NCBI GenBank assembly: GCA_033977065.1
Contig: JAXCHI010000002.1
Location: 288,001-352,000, forward strand
Reading direction: 5' to 3'
Source: Candidatus Algichlamydia australiensis
Lineage (GTDB): Bacteria; Chlamydiota; Chlamydiia; Chlamydiales; JAJFMI01
DNA length: 64,000 bases
This document shows, piece after piece, positions 9,627 through 18,957 of the stretch. A program made the position numbers and the translations under genes. Numbering within the stretch: the first letter of the stretch is position 1; each line of letters begins with the position of its first letter. The notes beneath the pieces are model-generated. The model was not told where the DNA came from, searched no databases, and saw nothing but the letters and a program-made list of their open reading frames with translations.

Positions 9627-12600
9627 ATGGACAGCAGACGCTATCTTGTTTTATTTATCACCCTCTTATTGAAGGCACATAATCTTTTTTCCGTCATAAA
9701 TGTTACAGATACAGCTTCACTTATTGCTGCGATCAACACTGCAAATGCTGTTCCTGAGACAATCCTTTTCTCTAATAACATCACACTTACCGCGCCCCTT
9801 CCTGCAATCACAAATACATACACGATTGATGGAGGCGGAAACATCCTAGATGGGGGGAGCTCTTTTCGAGGGTTTTTAGCTTTAGGAGGGGGGGTGAGTC
9901 CAACAGTGACCAACATCACTATTCAAAACACTCTTGCAAAAGGAGGAAATGGAGGAGACGCTCAAAATAGACGAGGGGGTTCTGGAGGTGGAGGCCTTGG
10001 TGCTGGTGGTGCTATTTACGTTGGGAATGGTGCAAATGTAGCTGTTGATACCACAACATACTCAACCTGTATAGCGCGTGGTGGAGATACGCCGTTTCCA
10101 GCAGGTGGAGCCAGCAGTGCTGGAGGTGGCGGAGGCGGCCTTGGTGGTAATGGTGGTCGAGGAGCAGGAAATGGCGGCGGCGGCGGTGGAGGAGGGCTCC
10201 TCTCTGGAAACAACGGGGCCAATGGAGTTAATAACTTTGGCGGAGCAGGTGGGGCTAATGGTGGAGGCGATGGAGCCGATGAAAATCCCCCTGCATTAGC
10301 GGGAGCAGGAACGTATGGCGGCGGAGGCGGAGGTGCTGCTGATCGAAATAATCCACCAGGTGGCGCGGCTTCAGCCGATGGAGGTTTTGGCGGAGGCGGT
10401 GGTGGCGGTGCTGCAGTACCAGGTGGAAATGCAAATGGTCTGGGTTCTGATGGAGGGTATGGTGCAGGTGGTGGTGGTGCAGGAAGACTCACCACTGGAG
10501 GAACTTCATTTTTTGGTGGTGGTGATGGACTTGATGCGGCGGGAAACCAGGGTGGTTCTGGAGGCGGAGGTGCTGCACTTGGTGGAGCAATTTTTATTGA
10601 TACAACTTCAACTTTAACCCTCACAGCTAATGCTGATCCATTCACAGGAAGTAGCTTAATTGCTGGAGTGGCTGGTGGAGCTGGTAATAATGGCCAAGCG
10701 CTTGGAACAGATATCTTTTTAGCTTCTGGAGGTACTCTTACTTTTACTGTTCCTGCTGGAACATTTACCTTGAGCAACGCAATTGAAGGCGACCAAGGTG
10801 CGGGAGGCTTAACAGGTGGAGGTGTTGTAAAACAGGGGGTGGGGATCCTTGATTTTACTTCTGTTGGAGCGCAAACCTATATCGAAAATACTACTTTTGC
10901 AGCGGGCACCATAAGAGCTAGTAGCGACACTAACTTAGGAGTAGCAGCAAATGGCATGATTTTTTCTGGGGGAACATTCAACCCTACTTCTGCGTTTACG
11001 ACAACCTCTCGAGCCATTTCATTAACAACGCAAGGAACCATTGAGGTTGATGCTGCCGCCACTTTTACAATACCCACGGCTATAACGGGAGCTGGAGGGC
11101 TTACAAAAGATGGGAGTGGAACGCTTCTTTTAACTGGAGTTAACACCTATGCAGGAGGCACAACTTTTTTAGATGGAGAATTGAGTGTTTCAGCAGACAA
11201 CAATCTAGGAAATATAGCTGGAAACCTTACGTTTAATGGGGGAACTCTCCTATCAGCAGGAACATTTAGTTCAGCTCGTGGAGTCACTTTAACTGGAGCT
11301 GGAACAATAGAAGTTGACCCAGCAGAAGAGTTGACTCTTAGTGGAATTTTAGCCGGAGCAGGAGGATTAACAAAAACGGGAGCAGGTCAACTTACATTGA
11401 CGGGAGCGAATACGTATACAGGCGGAACAACAGTGACAGCAGGCACGTTGCAAGGAAACACAACAAGCTTGCAAGGCAATATTCTAAACAATAGCGCGCT
11501 GATTTTTAATCAGACAGTGGACGGCATCTATGCAGACATAGTGAGTGGAACAGGAAGCCTAGAAAAAATTGGAGCAGCCAAGCTGACGATGACCGGAGCC
11601 AATACTTATTCTGGAGGAACAACAGTCACAGCCGGAACCCTCGAAGGAGACGCGACAAGCCTGCAAGGAAATATTCTAAACAATAGCGCAGTGATTTTTA
11701 ACCAGACAGTTGATGGCACTTATTCTGGAGCAATGAGTGGAACAGGAAGCTTGGAGAAAGTAGGAGCAGCCAAGCTGACGATAACCGGAGCCAATACGTA
11801 TTCTGGAGGAACGACAATTACAGCAGGAACCCTCGAAGGAAACTCTACAAGTTTACAAGGGAATATTTTAAACAATAGCGCGCTAATTTTTGATGAAACA
11901 GTTGATGGCACTTATGCAGGAATTGTAAGTGGAACAGGAAGCTTGGAAAAAATTGGAGTGGCCAAGCTTACTCTAACCGGAGCGAATACCTACTCCGGAG
12001 GGACAACAGTTACAGCGGGGACACTCCAAGGAAATACAACAAGTTTACAAGGAAATATTCTAAACAATAGCGCGCTAATTTTTGATCAGACAGTGGACGG
12101 TATCTACGCAGACATAGTGAGTGGAACAGGAAGTGTAGAAAAAATCGGAGCAGCAAAACTTACAGTGACGGGAGCGAATGTCTATTCTGGAGGAACGACA
12201 GTCACGGCAGGAGAGCTACAAGGAAACACAACAAGCTTGCAAGGCAATATTCTAAACAATAGCGCGCTGATTTTTAATCAGACAGTGGACGGTGTCTATG
12301 CAGACATAGTGAGTGGAACAGGGAGTGTAGAAAAAATAGGGGCAGCTAAGCTTACTCTAACAGGAGCGAATGTCTATTCTGGAGGAACAACAGTCACAGC
12401 CGGAACCCTCGAAGGAGACGCAACAAGCCTGCAAGGGAATATTGTAAACAATAGCGCAGTGATTTTTAACCAGACAGTTGATGGCACTTATTCTGGAGCG
12501 ATGAGTGGAACAGGAAGCTTAGAGAAAATTGGAGCAGCTAAACTCACAGTAACAGGGGCAAACACCTACTCTGGAGGAACGACAATTACAGCCGGAACCC

Positions 12601-15600
12601 TCGAAGGAAACTCTACAAGCTTACAAGGAAATATTGTAAACAACGCAACTCTCATTTTCGACCAAATAGTGGATGGAACCTACACGGGCGTGATAAGTGG
12701 AACAGGAAGCTTTGAAAAGATAGGAGCTGCCAAGCTCACAGTAACCGGAGCAAACACCTACTCTGGGGGCACAACCTTATTAGATGGAGTATTAAGCATA
12801 TCTGCGGACAATAACCTGGGAAATGCAGTAGGTACTCTTACTTTCAATGGGGGGGCTCTCTTGTCAACAGGAACATTTAGTTCAAATAGAGGAGTGTCCT
12901 TGACAGGAGCTGGGACCATAGAGGTTGATCTAGCAGAAGAACTGACACTGAGCGGAATTTTAAGTGGAGCGGGCGGATTAACAAAAACAGGGGGAGGACA
13001 ACTTACGTTGACCGGAGCCAATACCTATGCAGGAGGCACAACAGTCACAGCAGGAACACTCCAAGGAAACACGACAAGTCTGCAAGGGAATATTGTAAAC
13101 AATGCAGATTTGATTTTTAACCAAGCAGTAGATGGAACTTTTGCCTCAATTGTGAGTGGAACAGGGAGCTTAGAAAAAATTGGAGTGGCCAAACTTACGT
13201 TGACCGGAGCGAATACCTACTCTGGAGGAACAACAGTCACAGCCGGAACCCTCGAGGGAAACACGACAAGTCTGCAAGGAAATATTGTAAACAACGCAGC
13301 AGTAATTTTTAATCAAACGGTAGATGGCACCTATGCGGGAGCGATGAGTGGAACAGGAAGCTTGGAGAAAGTAGGAGCAGCTAAGCTCACGGTAACAGGG
13401 GCAAATACTTACTCCGGAGGAACAACAATTACAGCTGGAACCCTCGAAGGAAACTCTACAAGTTTGCAAGGAAATATTCTAAACAATAGCGCCCTAATTT
13501 TTAACCAAGCAGTAGATGGAACATATGCTGGAGTGGTAAGCGGAACAGGAAGTTTAGAAAAAACAGGAGCAGCCAAACTTACAGTAACCGGAGCTAATAC
13601 CTATACAGGAGGAACGACAGTTACAGCGGGTACCCTCCAGGGAAATACAACAAGTCTACAAGGAAATATTGTAAACAACGCAGCGGTGATTTTTGACCAG
13701 TTGGTAGATGGTACCTATGTGGGAGCGATGAGTGGAACAGGAAACCTAGAGAAAATTGGGGTTGCTAAACTTACAATGACAGGAGCCAATACTTACTCTG
13801 GAGGAACGACAGTTACAGCCGGAATCCTCGAAGGAAACACAACAAGCTTACAAGGGAATATTTTAAACAACGCAGCAGTAATTTTTAATCAAACGGTAGA
13901 TGGCATCTATGCGGGAGCGATGAGTGGAACAGGAAGCCTGGAGAAAATTGGGGCGGCTAAACTCACAATGACAGGAGCGAATACTTATTCTGGAGGAACG
14001 ACAATTACAGCAGGAACTCTAGAAGGGAACGCAACAAGCTTACAAGGAAATATTGTAAACAACGCAGCAGCAATTTTTAATCAAACGGTAGACGGCACCT
14101 ATGCAGGAGCGATGAGTGGAACAGGAAGCCTGGAGAAAATTGGGGCGGCCAAACTCACAGTGACAGGAACCAATACTTATTCTGGAGGAACGACAATTAC
14201 AGCAGGAACTCTAGAAGGGAACGCAACAAGCTTACAAGGAAATATTGTAAACAACGCAGCTCTTATTTTTAATCAAATAGTAGATGGAACCTACGCAGGC
14301 GTGATAAGTGGAACAGGGAGCTTAGAGAAAACTGGAGCAGCTAAGCTTACAGTGACAGGAGCCAATACCTATACAGGAGGAACGACAGTCACAGCTGGAA
14401 TTTTGGAAGGGAATACAACAAGTTTGCAGGGAAATATCCTGAATAATGCAGCTGTAATTTTTGATCAGGCGGTAGATGGTATTTACGCCGGAGCAATGAG
14501 CGGGACAGGAAGTTTAGAAAAAACAGGGGTAGCAAAACTTACTCTTACTGGGGCAAATACTTATAGCGGTGGCACAACAATCACAGCCGGAACGTTGGAG
14601 GGTGACTCCACAAGTTTACAAGGAGATATTTTCAATAATGCGGCTCTGATTTTTAACCAGACAGTAGATGGAATTTATGCTGGGGTGTTAAGTGGAACAG
14701 GAAGTGTGGAGAAGATAGGAGCAGCAAAGCTTACCCTGACAGGAGCCAATACTTACTCAGGAGGGACAATTGTTACAGCAGGAGAGCTGCAGGGAAATAC
14801 AACAAGTTTGCAAGGGAATATTCTAAACAATAGCGCAGTAATTTTTAACCAAGCAGTAGATGGAACATATGCTGGAGTGATGAGCGGAACAGGAAGCTTG
14901 GAGAAAGTAGGAGCTGCTAAGCTCACAGTAACAGGGGCAAATACCTACTCCGGAGGAACGACAATTACAGCCGGAATACTCGAAGGGAACGCAACAAGTT
15001 TACAAGGAAATATTCTAAACAATAGCGCCCTAATTTTTAACCAAGCAGTAGATGGAACATATGCTGGAGTGGTAAGCGGAACAGGAAGTTTTGAAAAGAT
15101 AGGAGCAGCTAAACTTACAATAACCGGAGCCAATACTTATACAGGGGGAACAACAGTCACAGCTGGAACTCTAGAAGGGAATACTACAAGTTTACAAGGA
15201 AATATTGTAAACAACGCAGCCCTAATTTTCGACCAAACAGTAGACGGTGCTTACGCAGACATAGTAAGTGGAACAGGGAGCTTAGAGAAAATAGGGGGGG
15301 CCAAGCTCACATTGACGGGAGCAAATACCTACACGGGTGGAACAACAGTCACAGCTGGAACTCTCGAAGGAAACACAACAAGTTTGCAAGGAAATATTGT
15401 AAACAACGCAGCTCTGATTTTTGACCAGGTAGTAGACGGAACCTTTATTGACGTTGTGAGTGGAACAGGAAGCTTAGAAAAAATTGGAGTGGCTAAACTT
15501 ACGTTGACCGGAGCGAATACTTACTCTGGAGGAACAACAGTCACAGCAGGAACCCTCGAAGGAAACGTAACAAGTTTACAAGGAAATATTCTAAACAATA

Positions 15601-18266
15601 GCGCCCTAATTTTTAACCAAGCAGTAGATGGAACATATGCTGGAGTGATGAGCGGAACAGGAAGCTTGGAGAAAGTAGGAGCTGCTAAGCTCACAGTAAC
15701 AGGGGCAAATACCTACTCCGGAGGAACGACAATTACAGCCGGAATACTCGAAGGGAACGCAACAAGTTTACAAGGAAATATTCTAAACAATAGCGCCCTA
15801 ATTTTTAACCAAGCAGTAGATGGAACATATGCTGGAGTGGTAAGTGGAACAGGAAGTTTTGAAAAGATAGGAGCAGCCAAACTTACAATAACCGGAGCCA
15901 ATACTTATACAGGGGGAACGACAGTCACAGCTGGAACTCTAGAAGGGAATACTACAAGTTTACAAGGAAATATTGTAAACAACGCAGCCCTAATTTTCGA
16001 CCAAACAGTAGACGGTGTTTACGCAGACATAGTAAGTGGAACAGGGAGCTTAGAGAAAATAGGAGGGGCCAAACTTACATTGACGGGAGTCAATACCTAT
16101 ACAGGAGGAACGACAGTCACAGCTGGTACATTGCAAGGGAACACCACAAGTCTACAAGGGAATATTGTAAACAATAGCGCGCTAATTTTTGATCAACTAG
16201 TTGACGGTGTTTACGCAGATATTGTAAGCGGAACGGGAAGTGTAGAAAAAATAGGAGCAGCAAAACTTACCTTGACAGGAGCCAATACTTACTCAGGAGG
16301 GACAATTGTTACAGCAGGAGAGCTGCAGGGAAATACAACAAGTTTGCAAGGGAATATCGTGAATAATGCAGCAGTGATTTTTGATCAGGTTGTTAATGGT
16401 ACTTTCTCTGGAGTGACAAGTGGAACAGGAAGTATAGAGAAAATAGGGGCGGGCAAGCTTACTCTTACTGGAACAAATACATACAGCGGAGGAACGACAA
16501 TTACAGCCGGTACAATCGAGGGAGATGCCACAAGCTTACAAGGAGTGATCACCAATAACGCGGCACTCATTTTTGATCAGGCAGTTGATGCGACCTATGC
16601 TGGAGTTGTTTCAGGAAGCGGTATTATGGAGAAAACAGGTATTGCAAAACTTACACTTACTGGTAACTCAGCTGCGTTTGCAGGGCCAACGACAATCACA
16701 CAAGGCTCTTTATGCGTGAATGGAGTGCTCTCAGGAGACATGAATGTCGATCCAGGTGGCTTGCTTTGTGGAATCGGACAAGTAGGAGAGACTTTAAACG
16801 ATGGAATGGTATTTCCAGGTGCTTCAATTGGGACTCTTACTATTAATGGAAATTACACGCAAACTGCAGCAGGATTGCTTGAGATAGAACTTGATGAGTT
16901 TGGGAACTCTGATCAATTAATTGTGCTTGGAGATGCCTTTCTTGATGGGGGCATTACCATTATTCCGATGCCTGGGATTTATATGGAGGGAGATACTTAC
17001 ACAGTCATTACGACAACAGGAAATGTATTTGGCACATTTGCCACAGAGATCCAAACCCCAGATTTCGGATTCTCAGTAGGCTATAACGCTAGCTCGGTCG
17101 TTCTTTTTATTGCTTCTAGCGGAGTTGTTACACCGATACCAATTTCTTCCCTTAGCGGGAATGCCAGAGCAGTAGCAAAGTATCTCTTTTGTCCTGAAGT
17201 TATTCCAACAGGTGATCTGTTTACAGTAATGAATGCTCTTGTTCTTAATCCAGCTGACGAATTTGTTGATGAACTAAATCAGCTATCACCTGCCCAGTTT
17301 GGAGCTCTGCCAATAGTCAATTTTGAAAATGCTCAAAGTGTTTTGAGTAGTTTAACCAACACAACAGAAGGGAATTTCTTTCACCAAGTGGCAAGAGGAG
17401 AGAATATAACCTTTCAAGAGCAGTTGTGGCTACAGCCAATTGGATATTATTACAATCAAAATGGAGTAGAGCACCAGCTTGGTTTTAAAAATCGCACATA
17501 TGGATTTGCCCTTGGGGGAGATTATATTTTTAACGAAAATTTCATTGTAGGTGGAGGAGCGGGCTACACTTACTCTCACTTGAATTGGGCAGAAGATGCG
17601 GGAGAAGCAGATATCAATAGCATCTATCTTGGACCGCACCTCGCTTATATCAAAAACAAAGCCTATGTCAATCTCAGCTTAATTGGCGGACGCGATTTTT
17701 ACGATGTGACAAGACACATCCACTTTCCTGGAATTGATCGCAACGCCGCAAATGATCATAGAGGGTGGGAGATTATTGGCCGTTTAGAGACAAGCGTAGC
17801 ATTAAAAATGCCAAACGCAATGAGCCACAACCTCTTCTTTCAGCCCTACGCGCGAATTGATTATGCGAATGTATTTGAAGGCGGCTACCAAGAGAGTGGG
17901 GCCAATAGCATAGACTTGCTTGTACAAGACAAAACCACCTCATTTCTTGGAGTAGAGTGCACAGCGAGCTTGTTTAAAATAATCTATACAAGCGTATGCG
18001 ATCTTTTTCCAAGGTTAACAGTCGGTTGGATAAGAAGAGCGCACTTATCAAATCCAGGATATACCTCTGAATTTTATGGCCAAAACCTTTGCCAGCCAAA
18101 CTTTACAGTAAAGAGTTTCCATCAACCTGTAGATCAGCTTTTACTTGGAGGCGATATTACAGGAGTCTGTGGAGAGCACTTTGAATTTGGTATTGGCTAT
18201 TCTTGCAAGATGGGAGATAGCAATAGCATCCAAAAAGCGGATGCAAGAGTGCAGTGGAACTTTTAG
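9627..18266 (+). CDS. Giant type Va autotransporter with Gly-rich N-region, PATR-type repeats and C-terminal beta-barrel
   Basis: Signal peptide; G-S-L-E-K-x-G-x-x-K-L-T-x-T-G-x-N-T-Y-x-G-G-T repeats; C-terminal amphipathic beta strands ending ARVQWNF. Confidence 0.93.
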   Translation: MDSRRYLVLFITLLLKAHNLFSVINVTDTASLIAAINTANAVPETILFSNNITLTAPLPAITNTYTIDGGGNILDGGSSFRGFLALGGGVSPTVTNITIQNTLAKGGNGGDAQNRRGGSGGGGLGAGGAIYVGNGANVAVDTTTYSTCIARGGDTPFPAGGASSAGGGGGGLGGNGGRGAGNGGGGGGGGLLSGNNGANGVNNFGGAGGANGGGDGADENPPALAGAGTYGGGGGGAADRNNPPGGAASADGGFGGGGGGGAAVPGGNANGLGSDGGYGAGGGGAGRLTTGGTSFFGGGDGLDAAGNQGGSGGGGAALGGAIFIDTTSTLTLTANADPFTGSSLIAGVAGGAGNNGQALGTDIFLASGGTLTFTVPAGTFTLSNAIEGDQGAGGLTGGGVVKQGVGILDFTSVGAQTYIENTTFAAGTIRASSDTNLGVAANGMIFSGGTFNPTSAFTTTSRAISLTTQGTIEVDAAATFTIPTAITGAGGLTKDGSGTLLLTGVNTYAGGTTFLDGELSVSADNNLGNIAGNLTFNGGTLLSAGTFSSARGVTLTGAGTIEVDPAEELTLSGILAGAGGLTKTGAGQLTLTGANTYTGGTTVTAGTLQGNTTSLQGNILNNSALIFNQTVDGIYADIVSGTGSLEKIGAAKLTMTGANTYSGGTTVTAGTLEGDATSLQGNILNNSAVIFNQTVDGTYSGAMSGTGSLEKVGAAKLTITGANTYSGGTTITAGTLEGNSTSLQGNILNNSALIFDETVDGTYAGIVSGTGSLEKIGVAKLTLTGANTYSGGTTVTAGTLQGNTTSLQGNILNNSALIFDQTVDGIYADIVSGTGSVEKIGAAKLTVTGANVYSGGTTVTAGELQGNTTSLQGNILNNSALIFNQTVDGVYADIVSGTGSVEKIGAAKLTLTGANVYSGGTTVTAGTLEGDATSLQGNIVNNSAVIFNQTVDGTYSGAMSGTGSLEKIGAAKLTVTGANTYSGGTTITAGTLEGNSTSLQGNIVNNATLIFDQIVDGTYTGVISGTGSFEKIGAAKLTVTGANTYSGGTTLLDGVLSISADNNLGNAVGTLTFNGGALLSTGTFSSNRGVSLTGAGTIEVDLAEELTLSGILSGAGGLTKTGGGQLTLTGANTYAGGTTVTAGTLQGNTTSLQGNIVNNADLIFNQAVDGTFASIVSGTGSLEKIGVAKLTLTGANTYSGGTTVTAGTLEGNTTSLQGNIVNNAAVIFNQTVDGTYAGAMSGTGSLEKVGAAKLTVTGANTYSGGTTITAGTLEGNSTSLQGNILNNSALIFNQAVDGTYAGVVSGTGSLEKTGAAKLTVTGANTYTGGTTVTAGTLQGNTTSLQGNIVNNAAVIFDQLVDGTYVGAMSGTGNLEKIGVAKLTMTGANTYSGGTTVTAGILEGNTTSLQGNILNNAAVIFNQTVDGIYAGAMSGTGSLEKIGAAKLTMTGANTYSGGTTITAGTLEGNATSLQGNIVNNAAAIFNQTVDGTYAGAMSGTGSLEKIGAAKLTVTGTNTYSGGTTITAGTLEGNATSLQGNIVNNAALIFNQIVDGTYAGVISGTGSLEKTGAAKLTVTGANTYTGGTTVTAGILEGNTTSLQGNILNNAAVIFDQAVDGIYAGAMSGTGSLEKTGVAKLTLTGANTYSGGTTITAGTLEGDSTSLQGDIFNNAALIFNQTVDGIYAGVLSGTGSVEKIGAAKLTLTGANTYSGGTIVTAGELQGNTTSLQGNILNNSAVIFNQAVDGTYAGVMSGTGSLEKVGAAKLTVTGANTYSGGTTITAGILEGNATSLQGNILNNSALIFNQAVDGTYAGVVSGTGSFEKIGAAKLTITGANTYTGGTTVTAGTLEGNTTSLQGNIVNNAALIFDQTVDGAYADIVSGTGSLEKIGGAKLTLTGANTYTGGTTVTAGTLEGNTTSLQGNIVNNAALIFDQVVDGTFIDVVSGTGSLEKIGVAKLTLTGANTYSGGTTVTAGTLEGNVTSLQGNILNNSALIFNQAVDGTYAGVMSGTGSLEKVGAAKLTVTGANTYSGGTTITAGILEGNATSLQGNILNNSALIFNQAVDGTYAGVVSGTGSFEKIGAAKLTITGANTYTGGTTVTAGTLEGNTTSLQGNIVNNAALIFDQTVDGVYADIVSGTGSLEKIGGAKLTLTGVNTYTGGTTVTAGTLQGNTTSLQGNIVNNSALIFDQLVDGVYADIVSGTGSVEKIGAAKLTLTGANTYSGGTIVTAGELQGNTTSLQGNIVNNAAVIFDQVVNGTFSGVTSGTGSIEKIGAGKLTLTGTNTYSGGTTITAGTIEGDATSLQGVITNNAALIFDQAVDATYAGVVSGSGIMEKTGIAKLTLTGNSAAFAGPTTITQGSLCVNGVLSGDMNVDPGGLLCGIGQVGETLNDGMVFPGASIGTLTINGNYTQTAAGLLEIELDEFGNSDQLIVLGDAFLDGGITIIPMPGIYMEGDTYTVITTTGNVFGTFATEIQTPDFGFSVGYNASSVVLFIASSGVVTPIPISSLSGNARAVAKYLFCPEVIPTGDLFTVMNALVLNPADEFVDELNQLSPAQFGALPIVNFENAQSVLSSLTNTTEGNFFHQVARGENITFQEQLWLQPIGYYYNQNGVEHQLGFKNRTYGFALGGDYIFNENFIVGGGAGYTYSHLNWAEDAGEADINSIYLGPHLAYIKNKAYVNLSLIGGRDFYDVTRHIHFPGIDRNAANDHRGWEIIGRLETSVALKMPNAMSHNLFFQPYARIDYANVFEGGYQESGANSIDLLVQDKTTSFLGVECTASLFKIIYTSVCDLFPRLTVGWIRRAHLSNPGYTSEFYGQNLCQPNFTVKSFHQPVDQLLLGGDITGVCGEHFEFGIGYSCKMGDSNSIQKADARVQWNF
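11403..16661 (+). repeat. Intragenic tandem array: 26 x 192-bp (64-aa) units plus one 267-bp variant module
   Basis: Counted from the translation; 26x192+267 = 5259 bp matches the span. Confidence 0.9.
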
Positions 18267-18270
18267 GATG

Positions 18271-18344
18271 TTTTAGATAGCGTCGTCAAAAGCATACAAC
18301 CATCTTATTTTTCATGTTTGGGCTCCATTTTTGTCCAGTACTGA
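18271..18344. repeat. Chimeric remnant: family C arm fused to a family D terminus
   Basis: 18271-18334 is the exact reverse complement of the right part of the 30294-30454 element and its flank, then continues as ATTTTTGTCCAGTACTGA (family D end). Confidence 0.8.
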
Positions 18345-18434
18345 AGGAGCTGTCTCTGAATTAAAGTGATAATCTCTGTACTCGAATTTCACTTGAGCTT
18401 CTTTTAGAAATAAGATAGAATTTGGAATTATAAA

Positions 18435-18594
18435 ACCCGAGTTGCTACCCCCTTCCCCCTCTGGAGAGTGCCTTTTCGCGATCTACTTAATTTTAACTCT
18501 CAGAAATGTTTATTAAACATTCCCTTCGAGTTGAAATTAAGTATCCCATCAAAAATCCTTCTCTCCATAGGAGAAATTGGGTAGTAACTCGGGT
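18435..18594. mobile_element. Palindromic MITE, family B copy 2 (160 bp), IS982-like termini
   Basis: ACCCGAGTTGCTACCC...GGGTAGTAACTCGGGT; 7-bp TSD TTATAAA (18428-18434, 18595-18601). Confidence 0.88.
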
Positions 18595-18650
18595 TTATAA
18601 AGGCGAGCTTTTTGTGGAGTTTTTTTATATATTGCCTTATTAATTAAATT

Positions 18651-18956
18651 ATGTGGGATAGTTTATTAAAGTTGGTTTTTGTAAACAAACGGTTACTTTC
18701 CACCGTGTTTTTTTTGAGTATTTCTTATCTCGTTTATAGTCAATCAATTGAGAAAAAAGTACAGCTTTTAGGTGAGCTGCAATTAAAAAAAGAGCGTTTG
18801 CTATCTGAAAAAGTACTCTTAATTGAAAAACAAAAAGAGCTCGCAATGGAGCTTGCAAGCAGTCACGATCCCGCTTGGATTGAGCTCTCACTTATGCGCC
18901 GTTTAGGAGTAGTGCCCGAGGGGCAGGTCAAAGTCCACTTTTCTAGCGATCCTTAA
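18651..18956 (+). CDS. Conserved chlamydial TM + coiled-coil protein (CT038-like, septum-formation-initiator-like)
   Basis: One TM, leucine heptads, DPAWIELSLMRRLGVVPEGQVKVHF. Confidence 0.75.
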   Translation: MWDSLLKLVFVNKRLLSTVFFLSISYLVYSQSIEKKVQLLGELQLKKERLLSEKVLLIEKQKELAMELASSHDPAWIELSLMRRLGVVPEGQVKVHFSSDP

Positions 18957-18957
18957 C

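Noticed and set aside
9641..16570. Antisense Pro-rich and repeated ORFs within the autotransporter
   Set aside because: Shadows of Gly-rich and repetitive sense codons.
8039..18594. Composite transposon of two B elements carrying GT4 + autotransporter
   Set aside because: Each B copy has its own matched TSD (TATTGTA vs TTATAAA), indicating independent insertions.
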